Positions 47,978 through 57,400 of a DNA stretch of 64,000 nt are shown here, piece after piece. Position numbers and translations under genes: made by a program. The notes beneath the pieces are model-generated. The model did no database searches and had not been told where the DNA came from. It worked only from the letters and a program-made list of their open reading frames with translations. How positions within the stretch are numbered: position 1 is the first letter of the stretch; each line of letters begins with the position of its first letter. Source of the DNA: an uncultured Alphaproteobacteria bacterium (GTDB taxonomy: Bacteria; Pseudomonadota; Alphaproteobacteria; RF32; CAG-239); contig CALXTM010000003.1 of NCBI GenBank assembly GCA_944391415.1, positions 22,510 through 86,509 of the forward strand, given 5' to 3'.

Positions 47978-48343
47978 TTAAGCATTGGCATAAACTACCG
48001 CACCGTTTGCAATCCTTGGGTATGAAAAATTGTATTTTGCTTTGTGTTCAGACAAATCCTTGTCAAAATCCCTCATTTTAAAACCGGCTTTTATATAGGC
48101 ATACAACGCCATATCAACATAATGGCTTTCGGTTTCATACGGCAAATGATTGGCAATAACGGCTTTGGCCTTTGAGGCATTAAATTTAATAATTACCTCT
48201 TGGAAGAATACATGCTTGGTGTTTACATTTTCACCCGCACCACAAGCTTCAAACAAAGCATCAAATATCTGCTCTTTTGAAGTAATAGTTTTTTCCATTT
48301 CGGCCAAGAATTTAAGCCCTTGCTCTCTACTGCTCTTCATCAT
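47978..48343 (-). CDS. Hypothetical protein (121 aa from the SD-supported ATG)
   Basis: AGGAGG lies 5 nt upstream of the ATG at 48343. The longer track ORF (to 48436) has no SD. No recognisable family. Confidence 0.55.
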   Translation of the reverse strand: MMKSSREQGLKFLAEMEKTITSKEQIFDALFEACGAGENVNTKHVFFQEVIIKFNASKAKAVIANHLPYETESHYVDMALYAYIKAGFKMRDFDKDLSEHKAKYNFSYPRIANGAVVYANA

Positions 48344-48597
48344 AATATCCTCCTGCAAAAAGAAGGTTTTTCTAATATATATACTATACCATATTTGCTT
48401 TATCAAAACAAGCTTTTTGTAACAAAACCGTAACAATTTATACTAATTTATAACATGATATATCAGAAATATGTGCTTACTTAAACAAAAACAACTTTCA
48501 CTTTAAGAAAAAGTCTAAAAAAAGCATAATTATACTTTATTTTTAATAAAAAAAATGTTATTAACCAAAACTGTCGTTAACAACAAATAAGGAAAAA

Positions 48598-49626
48598 ATG
48601 TTTATTTTACTTGTCTTTGCCATTATGGCAATTGCGGTTTCTTTTATATGTTCGGTGTTAGAAGCCGCCCTTCTCTCAATTATTCCCAGTTATGTAGCTC
48701 AGCTAGAAGACAAAAGTCCCACTCTTTTCAAAAAGCTATCCCATATGAAAGAGCATATTGACGAACCGCTTGCCGCCATTCTTTCGTTAAACACCATTGC
48801 CCACACGGTCGGTGCCACGGGGGTCGGCGCACAGGTTGCGGAATTATATGGTCAATCTTATGTCGGGCTTGCCAGTGGTATTATGACATTTCTTATTTTA
48901 ACCACTTCAGAAATTTTACCCAAATCAATCGGCGCAAAATATTGGAAAAGTTTGGTACCGATTATGGTGCCGTCTCTTAATGTCATAATTTGGATTATGA
49001 AACCTTTTATCTGGCTTTCGGCTTTGATTACACGTTGGTTCACCACTGATTGCGATTATTCCAACATCAAAGAAGAAATTAAAGCTTTGGCCAAAATGGG
49101 ACAAGCCTCCAAAGTCGTTGATGATGTAGAATATAGAGTAGTAATTAACACTTTGAATTTGCGTCAATTAGATGTCAAAGATGTCATGACGCCTCGCACG
49201 GTGGTGCATACCGTAAAACCCGGCACCAAGATCAAAGATTTTGATAAATTCCTTTCTACCACACCTTTTTCTCGTTTCCCAATCATTGACGAGAAAAAAC
49301 AGATTTTCAAAGGATATATCCACAAATCAAGCTCTTATAAGGCCAAAGATGATGACACGGTTGATAAGTTCGCCCGCGATATGCGTTCTTTTTCACCAGA
49401 GGCGCGTTTGCAAGATGTCCTCTCGGCCATGCTTGAAGACCACAATCATATGGCCTTGGTTGTTGACCAGCTCGGCAACTGGATCGGAATTGTCACTCTT
49501 GAAGACATTATAGAGACTATATTGGGCAAAGAGATTGTCGACGAGACCGACACTATTACCGATATGCAGGTCTATGCCAAACTAAAATGGGACAATCGAT
49601 GCAAACAAAAAGGAATTAAGTTCTAA
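48598..49626 (+). CDS. CNNM/CorC/HlyC-family transporter (DUF21 membrane domain plus CBS pair)
   Basis: N-terminal DUF21 pattern (SVLEAALLSI, the TSEILPK region), then a CBS pair (VKDVMTPRT..., LVVDQLGNWIGIVTLEDIIETILG). It lacks the C-terminal CorC_HlyC domain. Confidence 0.8.
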   Translation: MFILLVFAIMAIAVSFICSVLEAALLSIIPSYVAQLEDKSPTLFKKLSHMKEHIDEPLAAILSLNTIAHTVGATGVGAQVAELYGQSYVGLASGIMTFLILTTSEILPKSIGAKYWKSLVPIMVPSLNVIIWIMKPFIWLSALITRWFTTDCDYSNIKEEIKALAKMGQASKVVDDVEYRVVINTLNLRQLDVKDVMTPRTVVHTVKPGTKIKDFDKFLSTTPFSRFPIIDEKKQIFKGYIHKSSSYKAKDDDTVDKFARDMRSFSPEARLQDVLSAMLEDHNHMALVVDQLGNWIGIVTLEDIIETILGKEIVDETDTITDMQVYAKLKWDNRCKQKGIKF

Positions 49627-49642
49627 ATTTTATTGTTGATAT

Positions 49643-49680
49643 GAAACAAAACCGCCGTAATATTCGGCGGTTTTATTTTA
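49643..49680. terminator. Bidirectional rho-independent terminator
   Basis: Stem accgccg / cggcggt with a 7-nt loop, an A-run upstream and a T-run downstream. It abuts the stop of the convergent RNHCP gene. Confidence 0.8.
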
Positions 49681-49984
49681 GCAAGTTGACTTTTTGTTTG
49701 GCCAACTTTAGCACAGCTTCAAAATCATCTTCGTCACATACTTTGTTGCGTCTGACAAAGCCGCATTTTTGACATTTATGCACCAAGACATATTTACCGT
49801 TTTTAATTTCCAAATCAATCGGCGCCATTAACCCGCCGCAGCTTTCGGCTCGGTCTCCGGGGTTTATATCAACATGTTTGGAGTACAAGCATTTGGGGCA
49901 ATGATTGGTATATCCGTTGCCGGTAACCTTTGCTCCGCAATGCTCGCAAACAAAATCTTCTTTTTTGCGCTGAAATTGTCTCAT
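49673..49984 (-). CDS. RNHCP-domain zinc-ribbon protein
   Basis: CEHCGAKV...YTNHCPKCLYSKHVD...CGGLM...CQKCG, i.e. paired CxxC knuckles and the (R/T)NHCP motif. The ATG at 49984 is used because the track start is TTG. Confidence 0.65.
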   Translation of the reverse strand: MRQFQRKKEDFVCEHCGAKVTGNGYTNHCPKCLYSKHVDINPGDRAESCGGLMAPIDLEIKNGKYVLVHKCQKCGFVRRNKVCDEDDFEAVLKLAKQKVNLLK

Positions 49985-50013
49985 CAAAGAAAAATCCGCC
50001 CCTTTATTTTAAT

Positions 50014-50050
50014 TATGCCAAAACCTTCATTCAAGAAGCGTTTTGGCATA
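50014..50050. repeat. Perfect 11-bp inverted repeat (extended hairpin) abutting the 3' end of tRNA-Pro
   Basis: tatgccaaaac (50014-50024) pairs with gttttggcata (50040-50050). The loop itself forms cttc...gaag. No U-tract on either strand. Confidence 0.6.
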
Positions 50051-50052
50051 AG

Positions 50053-50129
50053 TGGTCGGGACTATTGGATTCGAACCAACGACATCTTGCTCCCAAAGCA
50101 AGCGCTCTACCAGGCTGAGCTAAGTCCCG
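50053..50129 (-). tRNA. tRNA-Pro (anticodon UGG)
   Basis: The reverse complement folds as a 77-nt cloverleaf: acceptor CGGGACT/AGTCCCG, D-arm GCTC-AGCCTGGTA-GAGC, anticodon stem CTTGC/GCAAG with loop TTTGGGA, T-arm GTTGG-TTCGAAT-CCAAT, and an encoded CCA. The C1-G72 pair is typical of bacterial tRNA-Pro. Confidence 0.95.
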
Positions 50130-50177
50130 CAAGTAAGAGTATGTTTAGCTCAATATTTTAATTAAAGCAAGATGTTT

Positions 50178-51485
50178 TTACACATCTTTTCGTTTTTTTA
50201 CATAAAAAATATTCATTTTATCCATGATTGCAGCTTTACTGGGGCTGATTTTAGCGGTTATAGCCACATTGTGAGTATAATTTTTTGCCTCAATGACAAT
50301 TGCGTTTTCATACACCCAAGCCAAATCCTTGCCATTTGCAACCGGAACTTTAATCTCCACTGTCTCAAATTCCGCAAACAACTTTTTATCAATTAGTTGC
50401 AGTAATCTGTCCTTTCCTTCTCCGGTCAAGGCTGAAACGGCCACCCAATTTTTGCCAGTTTGTTTTAACAAACTTTGTCTTTTCTCTGTCGAAATCAAAT
50501 CAATTTTGTTTAGCACCTCGATATATCGGTTAGTATTATCAATTCCCAAACTCTGCAATACTTTCAACACATCCTCGCGTTGTTCTTTGGCACTGTTAGA
50601 GCTGATATCTCTTACATGCACAATCAAATCAGCCTCCACCACTTCTTCCAACGTTGCCCTGAAAGCCATAATCAATTCCAGCGGCAAATCAGATATAAAA
50701 CCAACCGTGTCCGATAATATCACCTCTTGTCCCGACAATAACTTTATCTTTCGCATCGTCGGATCAAGCGTTGCAAACAACAAATCTTTTGCCAATACAT
50801 TGCTGCCGGACAACAAATTAAAAATTGTTGATTTTCCGGCATTGGTATAACCAACCAACGCCACTATCGGATAAGGCACTCTTTTTCTGGCATTGCGTTG
50901 AATCTGTCTGGTTTGTTTTACTTTCTCCAAATCTTTTTTTATGCGCAAAATTTTATCATCAATAATACGTCTGTCGAGCTCAATCTGGGTTTCACCCGGA
51001 CCGCCCAAAAAACCGGCACCGCCGCGCTGTCTTTCAAGGTGTGTCCAGCTTCTGACCAATCGACTGCGTTGATATGTCAAATGCGCCAGCTCAACTTGCA
51101 GTTTTCCTTCTTTGGTCTGAGCCCTTTCTCCGAATATTTCCAATATAAGTGCCGTGCGGTCAATTACTTTTACCGCAAGCTTTTTTTCCAAATTTCTTTG
51201 TTGAATAGGCGATAAGGCTGTATCAAAAATAACCAGCTCTATTTTATATAGATTAATCTTTTCGGCCAGGCGTTCAATAACCCCCTGTCCGACTAAAGTT
51301 GCCGGTTTTACTTGTTTCACGCGTACAATTTCTTTATAGAGTACGTTTAACCCTATTGCTTGTGCCAAACCGTTTGCTTCTTCCAAGCGCGCCTCGGCAG
51401 ACAAAGATATTTTTTCGCCATATATATCCGGAAAAACTATAGCGGCATTAATTTGAGGTTTATTATGGGATCTAAATGATGACAA
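50178..51485 (-). CDS. hflX: GTPase HflX
   Basis: HflX N-domain, then G motifs GYTNAGKST, DTVGF, NKID. The only in-frame initiator after the hfq stop is TTG at 51485 (no ATG). Confidence 0.9.
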   Translation of the reverse strand: MSSFRSHNKPQINAAIVFPDIYGEKISLSAEARLEEANGLAQAIGLNVLYKEIVRVKQVKPATLVGQGVIERLAEKINLYKIELVIFDTALSPIQQRNLEKKLAVKVIDRTALILEIFGERAQTKEGKLQVELAHLTYQRSRLVRSWTHLERQRGGAGFLGGPGETQIELDRRIIDDKILRIKKDLEKVKQTRQIQRNARKRVPYPIVALVGYTNAGKSTIFNLLSGSNVLAKDLLFATLDPTMRKIKLLSGQEVILSDTVGFISDLPLELIMAFRATLEEVVEADLIVHVRDISSNSAKEQREDVLKVLQSLGIDNTNRYIEVLNKIDLISTEKRQSLLKQTGKNWVAVSALTGEGKDRLLQLIDKKLFAEFETVEIKVPVANGKDLAWVYENAIVIEAKNYTHNVAITAKISPSKAAIMDKMNIFYVKKRKDV

Positions 51486-51496
51486 TGATTTTTGAC

Positions 51497-51712
51497 TTAA
51501 ATTTCCACGGCCTCACCGGGCATGATTGTAGACACGGCGTGTTTGTAGATCAGCTGAGTATGCCCGTCACGGCGCAACAGCAATGTCGCCTCATCAAACC
51601 AGGTTATAATTCCTTGTAATTTTACTCCGTTTACCAAAAACACGGTAACCGAAATTTCGTTTTCTTTGAGTTTGCTCAAAAATTTTTCTTCTATTTCTTT
51701 ATTTGTATTCAT
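51497..51712 (-). CDS. hfq: RNA chaperone Hfq
   Basis: Sm1/Sm2 motifs [19 protein letters not shown] and [22 protein letters not shown] (alphaproteobacterial flavour). Short, 71 aa, with no extended C-terminal tail. Confidence 0.95.
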   Translation of the reverse strand: MNTNKEIEEKFLSKLKENEISVTVFLVNGVKLQGIITWFDEATLLLRRDGHTQLIYKHAVSTIMPGEAVEI

Positions 51713-51787
51713 AGGATTGGCCCCTTTTTATAATTTATCTTTGTAAGATTTATTTTAATAATATTTTTTCGAAGCTGTCAAAGATTT

Positions 51788-53143
51788 TTAACAAAAAATT
51801 TGTTCTGCCTGTTTGACCGCCGTTGAATCAACATAAACCAGTAATATATCGCCACATTCCAATCTAAAAGTCGGATCCGCATATATTAGATCATTGTTGC
51901 GCAATACGGCAAAAACTCTACATGTTTTTGCCAAACTCAACTCGCCTATTTTTCTATCACAGCACATATTTTCGGCTTCCAATTTAATTTCCCATATTTC
52001 ACCCAACTCTCTGGCAACGGAATACGCCTCTTTGATTTTAGCCTTACGAATTTCTTTCAAAATTTTTGATATTGTAATAGCACTGCGATAAACCAAAATA
52101 TTATCTGCAATATTAAACATCAGATTATTATATGACGGAGTATTAATTACCGCTATCGTGGTCCCAACCCCACTTTTCGACGCCAAAAGCGCGGCCAAAA
52201 TATTGTCTTTATCATTATCTGTTAAGGCAATTGCCGCATCGGCATGCGCAACATCCGCCTCTTTTAAAATAACGTCGCTCATCATTTCTCCGTTAATCAC
52301 CACTACATGATTGAGTTTGCGAGCCAATCTGCGGGCTTTGTCAATATCTTCCTCAATAAGCCTGCAAGATATGATGCTGTCATCATTTTCAATCTTGTCA
52401 CCGATATATTCGGAAATTTCATCTCCTCCAAACATCACCAATCTTTCATTGGCTGGTTTCTCAAGCCCAAATGCACTGATTGTGCTATATACCTCTGAGG
52501 CCTCGACCAAAATATTAATTTCATCGCCCAATTGCAAAGTTTCGTACATATCAGGCAAAAAACTATTGTTGTTGCGGATAATATTAACCACACTTATATC
52601 AATATCTTCATACTGATTAAGCTGCATCAGCGGCACATTAAGCAGCGGACATCCCTCTTTGATATTAAGTGTCATTATATAATATTTTTCATCCAACACC
52701 GGCAAAATCCCCGAACATCCGGGATATCGCAGTATTTTTAGAATATTGTCGGCAATATCAATATCAGGAGATATCAACAAATCAATCGGCAGATGATTAT
52801 CATTGTACAACATTCCCCATAACGGATCGACGAATGTCTTACTGTTAACACTGGCAATCTTTTTTGGAATATTGAACAAGGTGTAGGCCAACTGACACAC
52901 AATCATATTAACCTCATCCATATCCGTCACCGCCAAAATCATATCACAGTCTTTAGCTCCGGCGCGTTCCAGAACATCTGGGTGCGACGGCTTTCCTTGA
53001 ATCGGCAATATATCATATTCTTTTGATATTTCATCCAAGTCATATTGATTATCATCAACTACAATAATATCGTTATTGCCCTTTGCCAAATAGCTCACGA
53101 TACTTTTTCCCAGTTGCCCTGCTCCACACACGATAATTTTCAT
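51788..53143 (-). CDS. trkA: Trk potassium uptake system protein TrkA (tandem RCK/NAD-binding domains)
   Basis: MKIIVCGAGQLG Rossmann motif, a second half with VMFGGDEI, and two TrkA-C-like segments. 451 aa. Confidence 0.85.
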   Translation of the reverse strand: MKIIVCGAGQLGKSIVSYLAKGNNDIIVVDDNQYDLDEISKEYDILPIQGKPSHPDVLERAGAKDCDMILAVTDMDEVNMIVCQLAYTLFNIPKKIASVNSKTFVDPLWGMLYNDNHLPIDLLISPDIDIADNILKILRYPGCSGILPVLDEKYYIMTLNIKEGCPLLNVPLMQLNQYEDIDISVVNIIRNNNSFLPDMYETLQLGDEINILVEASEVYSTISAFGLEKPANERLVMFGGDEISEYIGDKIENDDSIISCRLIEEDIDKARRLARKLNHVVVINGEMMSDVILKEADVAHADAAIALTDNDKDNILAALLASKSGVGTTIAVINTPSYNNLMFNIADNILVYRSAITISKILKEIRKAKIKEAYSVARELGEIWEIKLEAENMCCDRKIGELSLAKTCRVFAVLRNNDLIYADPTFRLECGDILLVYVDSTAVKQAEQIFC

Positions 53144-53146
53144 TTG

Positions 53147-54127
53147 TTACGACCTTTCATCTATATCCGAACCATTTTCGGCAAAAAATCTTTCGATTTC
53201 GGCAATTGCCTGCTCCGTATTATTGATTTTTACATATATTTCCCGAAACTTTCTGGCGTTACGCAAATTTTTACAATACCAACACACATATTTGCGAGAC
53301 AGTGCCAAAGCCATTTTTTCACCATAATACTTCTGCAATTGGCTAATGTGTTCAAGCATGGTTTGTTTTATGAGTGTAATGCTTGTTTCTTCAGGTTCAA
53401 GTCCATTTTCCAAATAATTATGCGTTTGAGCTATCAGCCATGGCCGACCCAAAGCTGCTCTTCCAATCATAACTCCGTCAACTTTGGTATACTCAATCAT
53501 TTCCTTTGCTTTATATACGCTGTCAATATCTCCGTTGCCAACCACAGGTATCCTAACAGCTTGTTTAACCGCCGCAATTATATCCCAATCTGCATTTCCT
53601 GAGTACATATCCGATTTTGTTCTGCCGTGTATTGTCAAATAATCAGCTCCGCTGTCTTGACATATTTTGGCAAACTCAACCGCATTTACGCTTTTATGAT
53701 CCCATCCTTTACGAAATTTCACACTCACCGGAAGCTTTATGCTTTGTTTAACCGCTTTGATTATATCGGCCGCCAGTTTTGGCTCAGTCATTAAATAAGC
53801 ACCAGATTTATTCGCTACGATTTTTTTGACCGGACACCCCATATTAATATCTATGGAATAAGCTCCAAGCTCTGCAACCAGTTTTGCAGACTCGGCAAAT
53901 AGTTTTGGCTCGCTGCCTACCAACTGCACCGTCACCGGGTATGGTTCATCACGCACATCGGCAATTCGATATGTTTTGGCATTGCGTCTTGATAAAGCAT
54001 TAATTGCCACCATTTCCGAAACAATATTGCCGGCACCAAAAGAATGGACCAATTTTCGCATCGGTTTATCAGTAATCCCGGCCATCGGTGCCAAAAACAC
54101 CTTACTGTTCAATCCATCTGCTATCAT
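53147..54127 (-). CDS. dusB: tRNA-dihydrouridine synthase DusB (NifR3-like)
   Basis: LAPMAGITD, DINMGCPV (catalytic Cys), TIHGRT, GNGDI, DGVMIGRAA. A 3-nt gap separates it from trkA. Confidence 0.9.
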   Translation of the reverse strand: MIADGLNSKVFLAPMAGITDKPMRKLVHSFGAGNIVSEMVAINALSRRNAKTYRIADVRDEPYPVTVQLVGSEPKLFAESAKLVAELGAYSIDINMGCPVKKIVANKSGAYLMTEPKLAADIIKAVKQSIKLPVSVKFRKGWDHKSVNAVEFAKICQDSGADYLTIHGRTKSDMYSGNADWDIIAAVKQAVRIPVVGNGDIDSVYKAKEMIEYTKVDGVMIGRAALGRPWLIAQTHNYLENGLEPEETSITLIKQTMLEHISQLQKYYGEKMALALSRKYVCWYCKNLRNARKFREIYVKINNTEQAIAEIERFFAENGSDIDERS

Positions 54128-54463
54128 CTAGACCTTAAAATCAAATTCCTTATTATTCTTAAATACCAGCCCCTCAATAACCGACGAGGTCTTGTCGACT
54201 TTATCAGCAAACCCATAGGCTCCCGTAGCATAAGCACAATCCGCCTTGTCTGCCATTCCCAAAGTTTCGTAGACAACCTCGCTGCCGATTAACTTATATG
54301 CTAAAGCCTCGACATCAGAGCGAAGCGCAACCTCATATGTAACGACAACCTTTTCCGGCGATGCATTACCATCGGAATTTTGTTTTTGTTTTATCCGCGA
54401 TGCAACATCAGCTATCTGATTTTGCAAACTGCCGATATAACTATTAACATAAGGTTGCACCAC
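54128..54463 (-). CDS. Hypothetical protein (111 aa), translationally linked to dusB
   Basis: GTG start with AGGTG 7 nt upstream. Its TAG stop directly abuts the dusB ATG, and it lies 19 nt downstream of the giant coiled-coil gene. No recognisable family. Confidence 0.5.
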   Translation of the reverse strand: MVQPYVNSYIGSLQNQIADVASRIKQKQNSDGNASPEKVVVTYEVALRSDVEALAYKLIGSEVVYETLGMADKADCAYATGAYGFADKVDKTSSVIEGLVFKNNKEFDFKV

Positions 54464-54482
54464 TTTTTAACACCTATTCTTA

Positions 54483-57400
54483 TCAATTCATTTTATTCAA
54501 AGCTTTGGCCAAAACATAATACAGTCTTCCCAAATCAGCCCCGGATATAACCGCCATTAAAGCCGCCGAATATTCATGACTTTTTGATTTTTCGACCAGA
54601 GTTTCAAATTCGCTCATATATATATTAACCAATTTTCGCAGCTCTTCATTTTTTTCAAATTCTTTACGCAGTGCATTTATCTGCGAGGCTGTCATATTTT
54701 TGGCAATTGAACGAATAAATACCTGAGTATCACCGTTATAGAACTTTTTCCACAAATCCTCTTCATCTTTAGGATTGAGCAATCGGTTAATATCGATTGA
54801 TACACTTTCCAAATGGCTGATAATTTTGCCGGCATCTTTAAGGAAAGAATCAATCTTAATATCTTTATAAGTTGACGCCAACCCTTTCATTGCCTTTTCT
54901 GCTTTAACTGCGTTTTCGCCCAAAGTCTTGGTTTGAATATTGATTGTATCATTAAACCGTATACTTTCTTTAACAATAGCCTCGCCTTGATTTTCAAAGG
55001 CTTTTCCGGCATCAACCAAATTATTAATACTGGCATTTACTTTACCTGCCGTGTCATCTGCTATTGTTGTCAAAGCTTGCGATTGTTTAACAAACACTTC
55101 ACCCGACGATAAGATAGTGTTTGATATTCTTTCGGCATTTGCCGCAATTTCATTAATTGCTGCCCGCAATTTATCACCAGATTTTTCCATATGAGTGGCA
55201 CTCAGTTTTGCCGCATCGTCCATTTCCAGGCCCAGTTTTTTCAAATCCTGCCCAAGCCCACGTACTTTTTCATATGCATCATTTGCTCTTTCGGCCAACT
55301 TGTTTGATGTATCATTCAAAACAGTATTGAAGCAATCAACCAATTTTTTGGTATCTTCCGAAATTTTTACCATCTTATCACTTTGTGCCGAAATCAAATT
55401 GTTGATTTCAACAACCCCGGTCGAGGTCTCAGCTGTTACGGTATTAAATCCGGCCAAATATTTTTCATATTCATTAAACACCCCGTTAATATTTTCGACC
55501 GAATGATAGATTGCCGTATCCAAATCCTCGCTGCACTGATTCAATCGCAAACTTACCTGATCTATATTTTTTACCGAATCTTTTGCTGATTTATTAATGG
55601 CATCACAAGCTTTAAGCAACCTGTCACCCAAAACCTCAAATTCATACGATAATTTGTTGGTGGCATCAAAAATACTGTCTGTATTATCCTTAAATGATGT
55701 ATTAATCTCCTGGACTTTGGCAGTCACATTTACCGTAGCATCGGTAAGATATTTGTATTGTTGCGCCAACGAAGCCTCTCCCAACCGCGATTGAGTTGCC
55801 AGGTTATTAATTACCTCAGTGATATTATTCTTCTGCAACTCCAGCATATTGGCAATATTTTCGCCTTGCGACAAAAATTTGGTTCTGGCGTTTTCCATAT
55901 AAGTATTTTGTTCATTAATTTTCTGCCAAACCGTTTCATTGTCTTTCAACATATTTTGGTTAATTTCTTTCATGGCGGATTCACTGCTTTCTATCTGCTG
56001 CAAAGTCTCACCGATGTTGGTTTTTATAGAGCCAACCGTTACATCGAAATCTTTGAGATAGCCATTAATAACATCATTAATCGTCTTTAATTTATTGATA
56101 GCGTCGTCAACCGTTTTTTCGGTCAATTCATGTTTGGTTGACAGCATCTTTTCAATATCGGCCAATTCCTCAATCGATTTATGCGAGTTTTCAACCACGG
56201 CCTCTGCTCTGCGCCCTGTATCTTCTTCCAATACTACCAACCTTGCAAACAACTTATCTGCGCCTTCTTCAATGCCAGTCATCTGAGCTTTCAATATATC
56301 GGCCATTTTGGTTGTATTTTCCGACAATTTGTTGCAATAAGCATAAAAATCAGCCTCTTGTTGACGAAACATCACATTCAAAGCTGCTACTTTTTCATCT
56401 AATCCGCTGGTTGTCTCACTGATATATTTTGCTGCCTGCTGCGCCACTGTATTAATATTGTCGCTTTTATCTTCAAAATCAGCAATAGACTTAGCCAAAA
56501 TATTTTCCGAATTAGTTGTGGTCTCAGTCAATTTCTGCGTATGAGTTTCTAATGACTTGGCAATTTCCTCGCTTTTATCGCTTATATTATTGGCCAACAT
56601 TTCCATGTTTTGTGATTGTTTCATCAGCACATTTTCAAATTGGGTAACCTTTGCCATTGTGCGATTAGCCGATGTATCAAACTGATTGGCCTGCTCCGAC
56701 AAATTGTCATTAATTGCTTTGCTTTTATTGACGGCATCGGTGCACTGTCCCAGCATCTTGGCAATATTGCTTTTCAACATATCTAATACGCTAACAGCAT
56801 CCTGCTCCAAACTTGCCGAGGCAGCAGCCAATTCATCGATTTGTCTTTTAAGTTCATTTTTAATATTTTCCACTTTTGCGGCCGTATCGGTAATATATTT
56901 TTGCTGCTGTCCCAAAGATGCCTCACTAATCTGGCTTTGCATTACCACAACCGAAGATGCCTCAGTCAAAGACGATGTTTGTTTCTGCATCATTTCCGCA
57001 ACTTTATTCATATTTTCAGTTGACTGTGATGTCTGCACCAACAAGTTTTCCGAAGAAAGATTAATTTCTTTGTTCATTTCTTCCATCTGATTTATGCCGC
57101 CGGCAATAGCCTTTTGCAGTTCTCCGTATTTTTTATTAACATTATCGGTTAAATCAACCATTTTATCGATACTGTCGCCGCTTATACGCTCAAAATCAGA
57201 TGTTTTTTCTTGTAAAGTGTTGATATATGACACCATATCATCGTTGGCTGCCAGCACCTTCTCGCCAAGGCTTGAGGCATTTGCGCTCAACGCATTTTCG
57301 ACCTCTTGCATCGAAGCGATTGCCTTGTCCGAAACCCCGCTCAGATTAGATACCTGCATTGCCACGGCGTCTTCCAAATTCGCACTTCTGACCATAAGTT

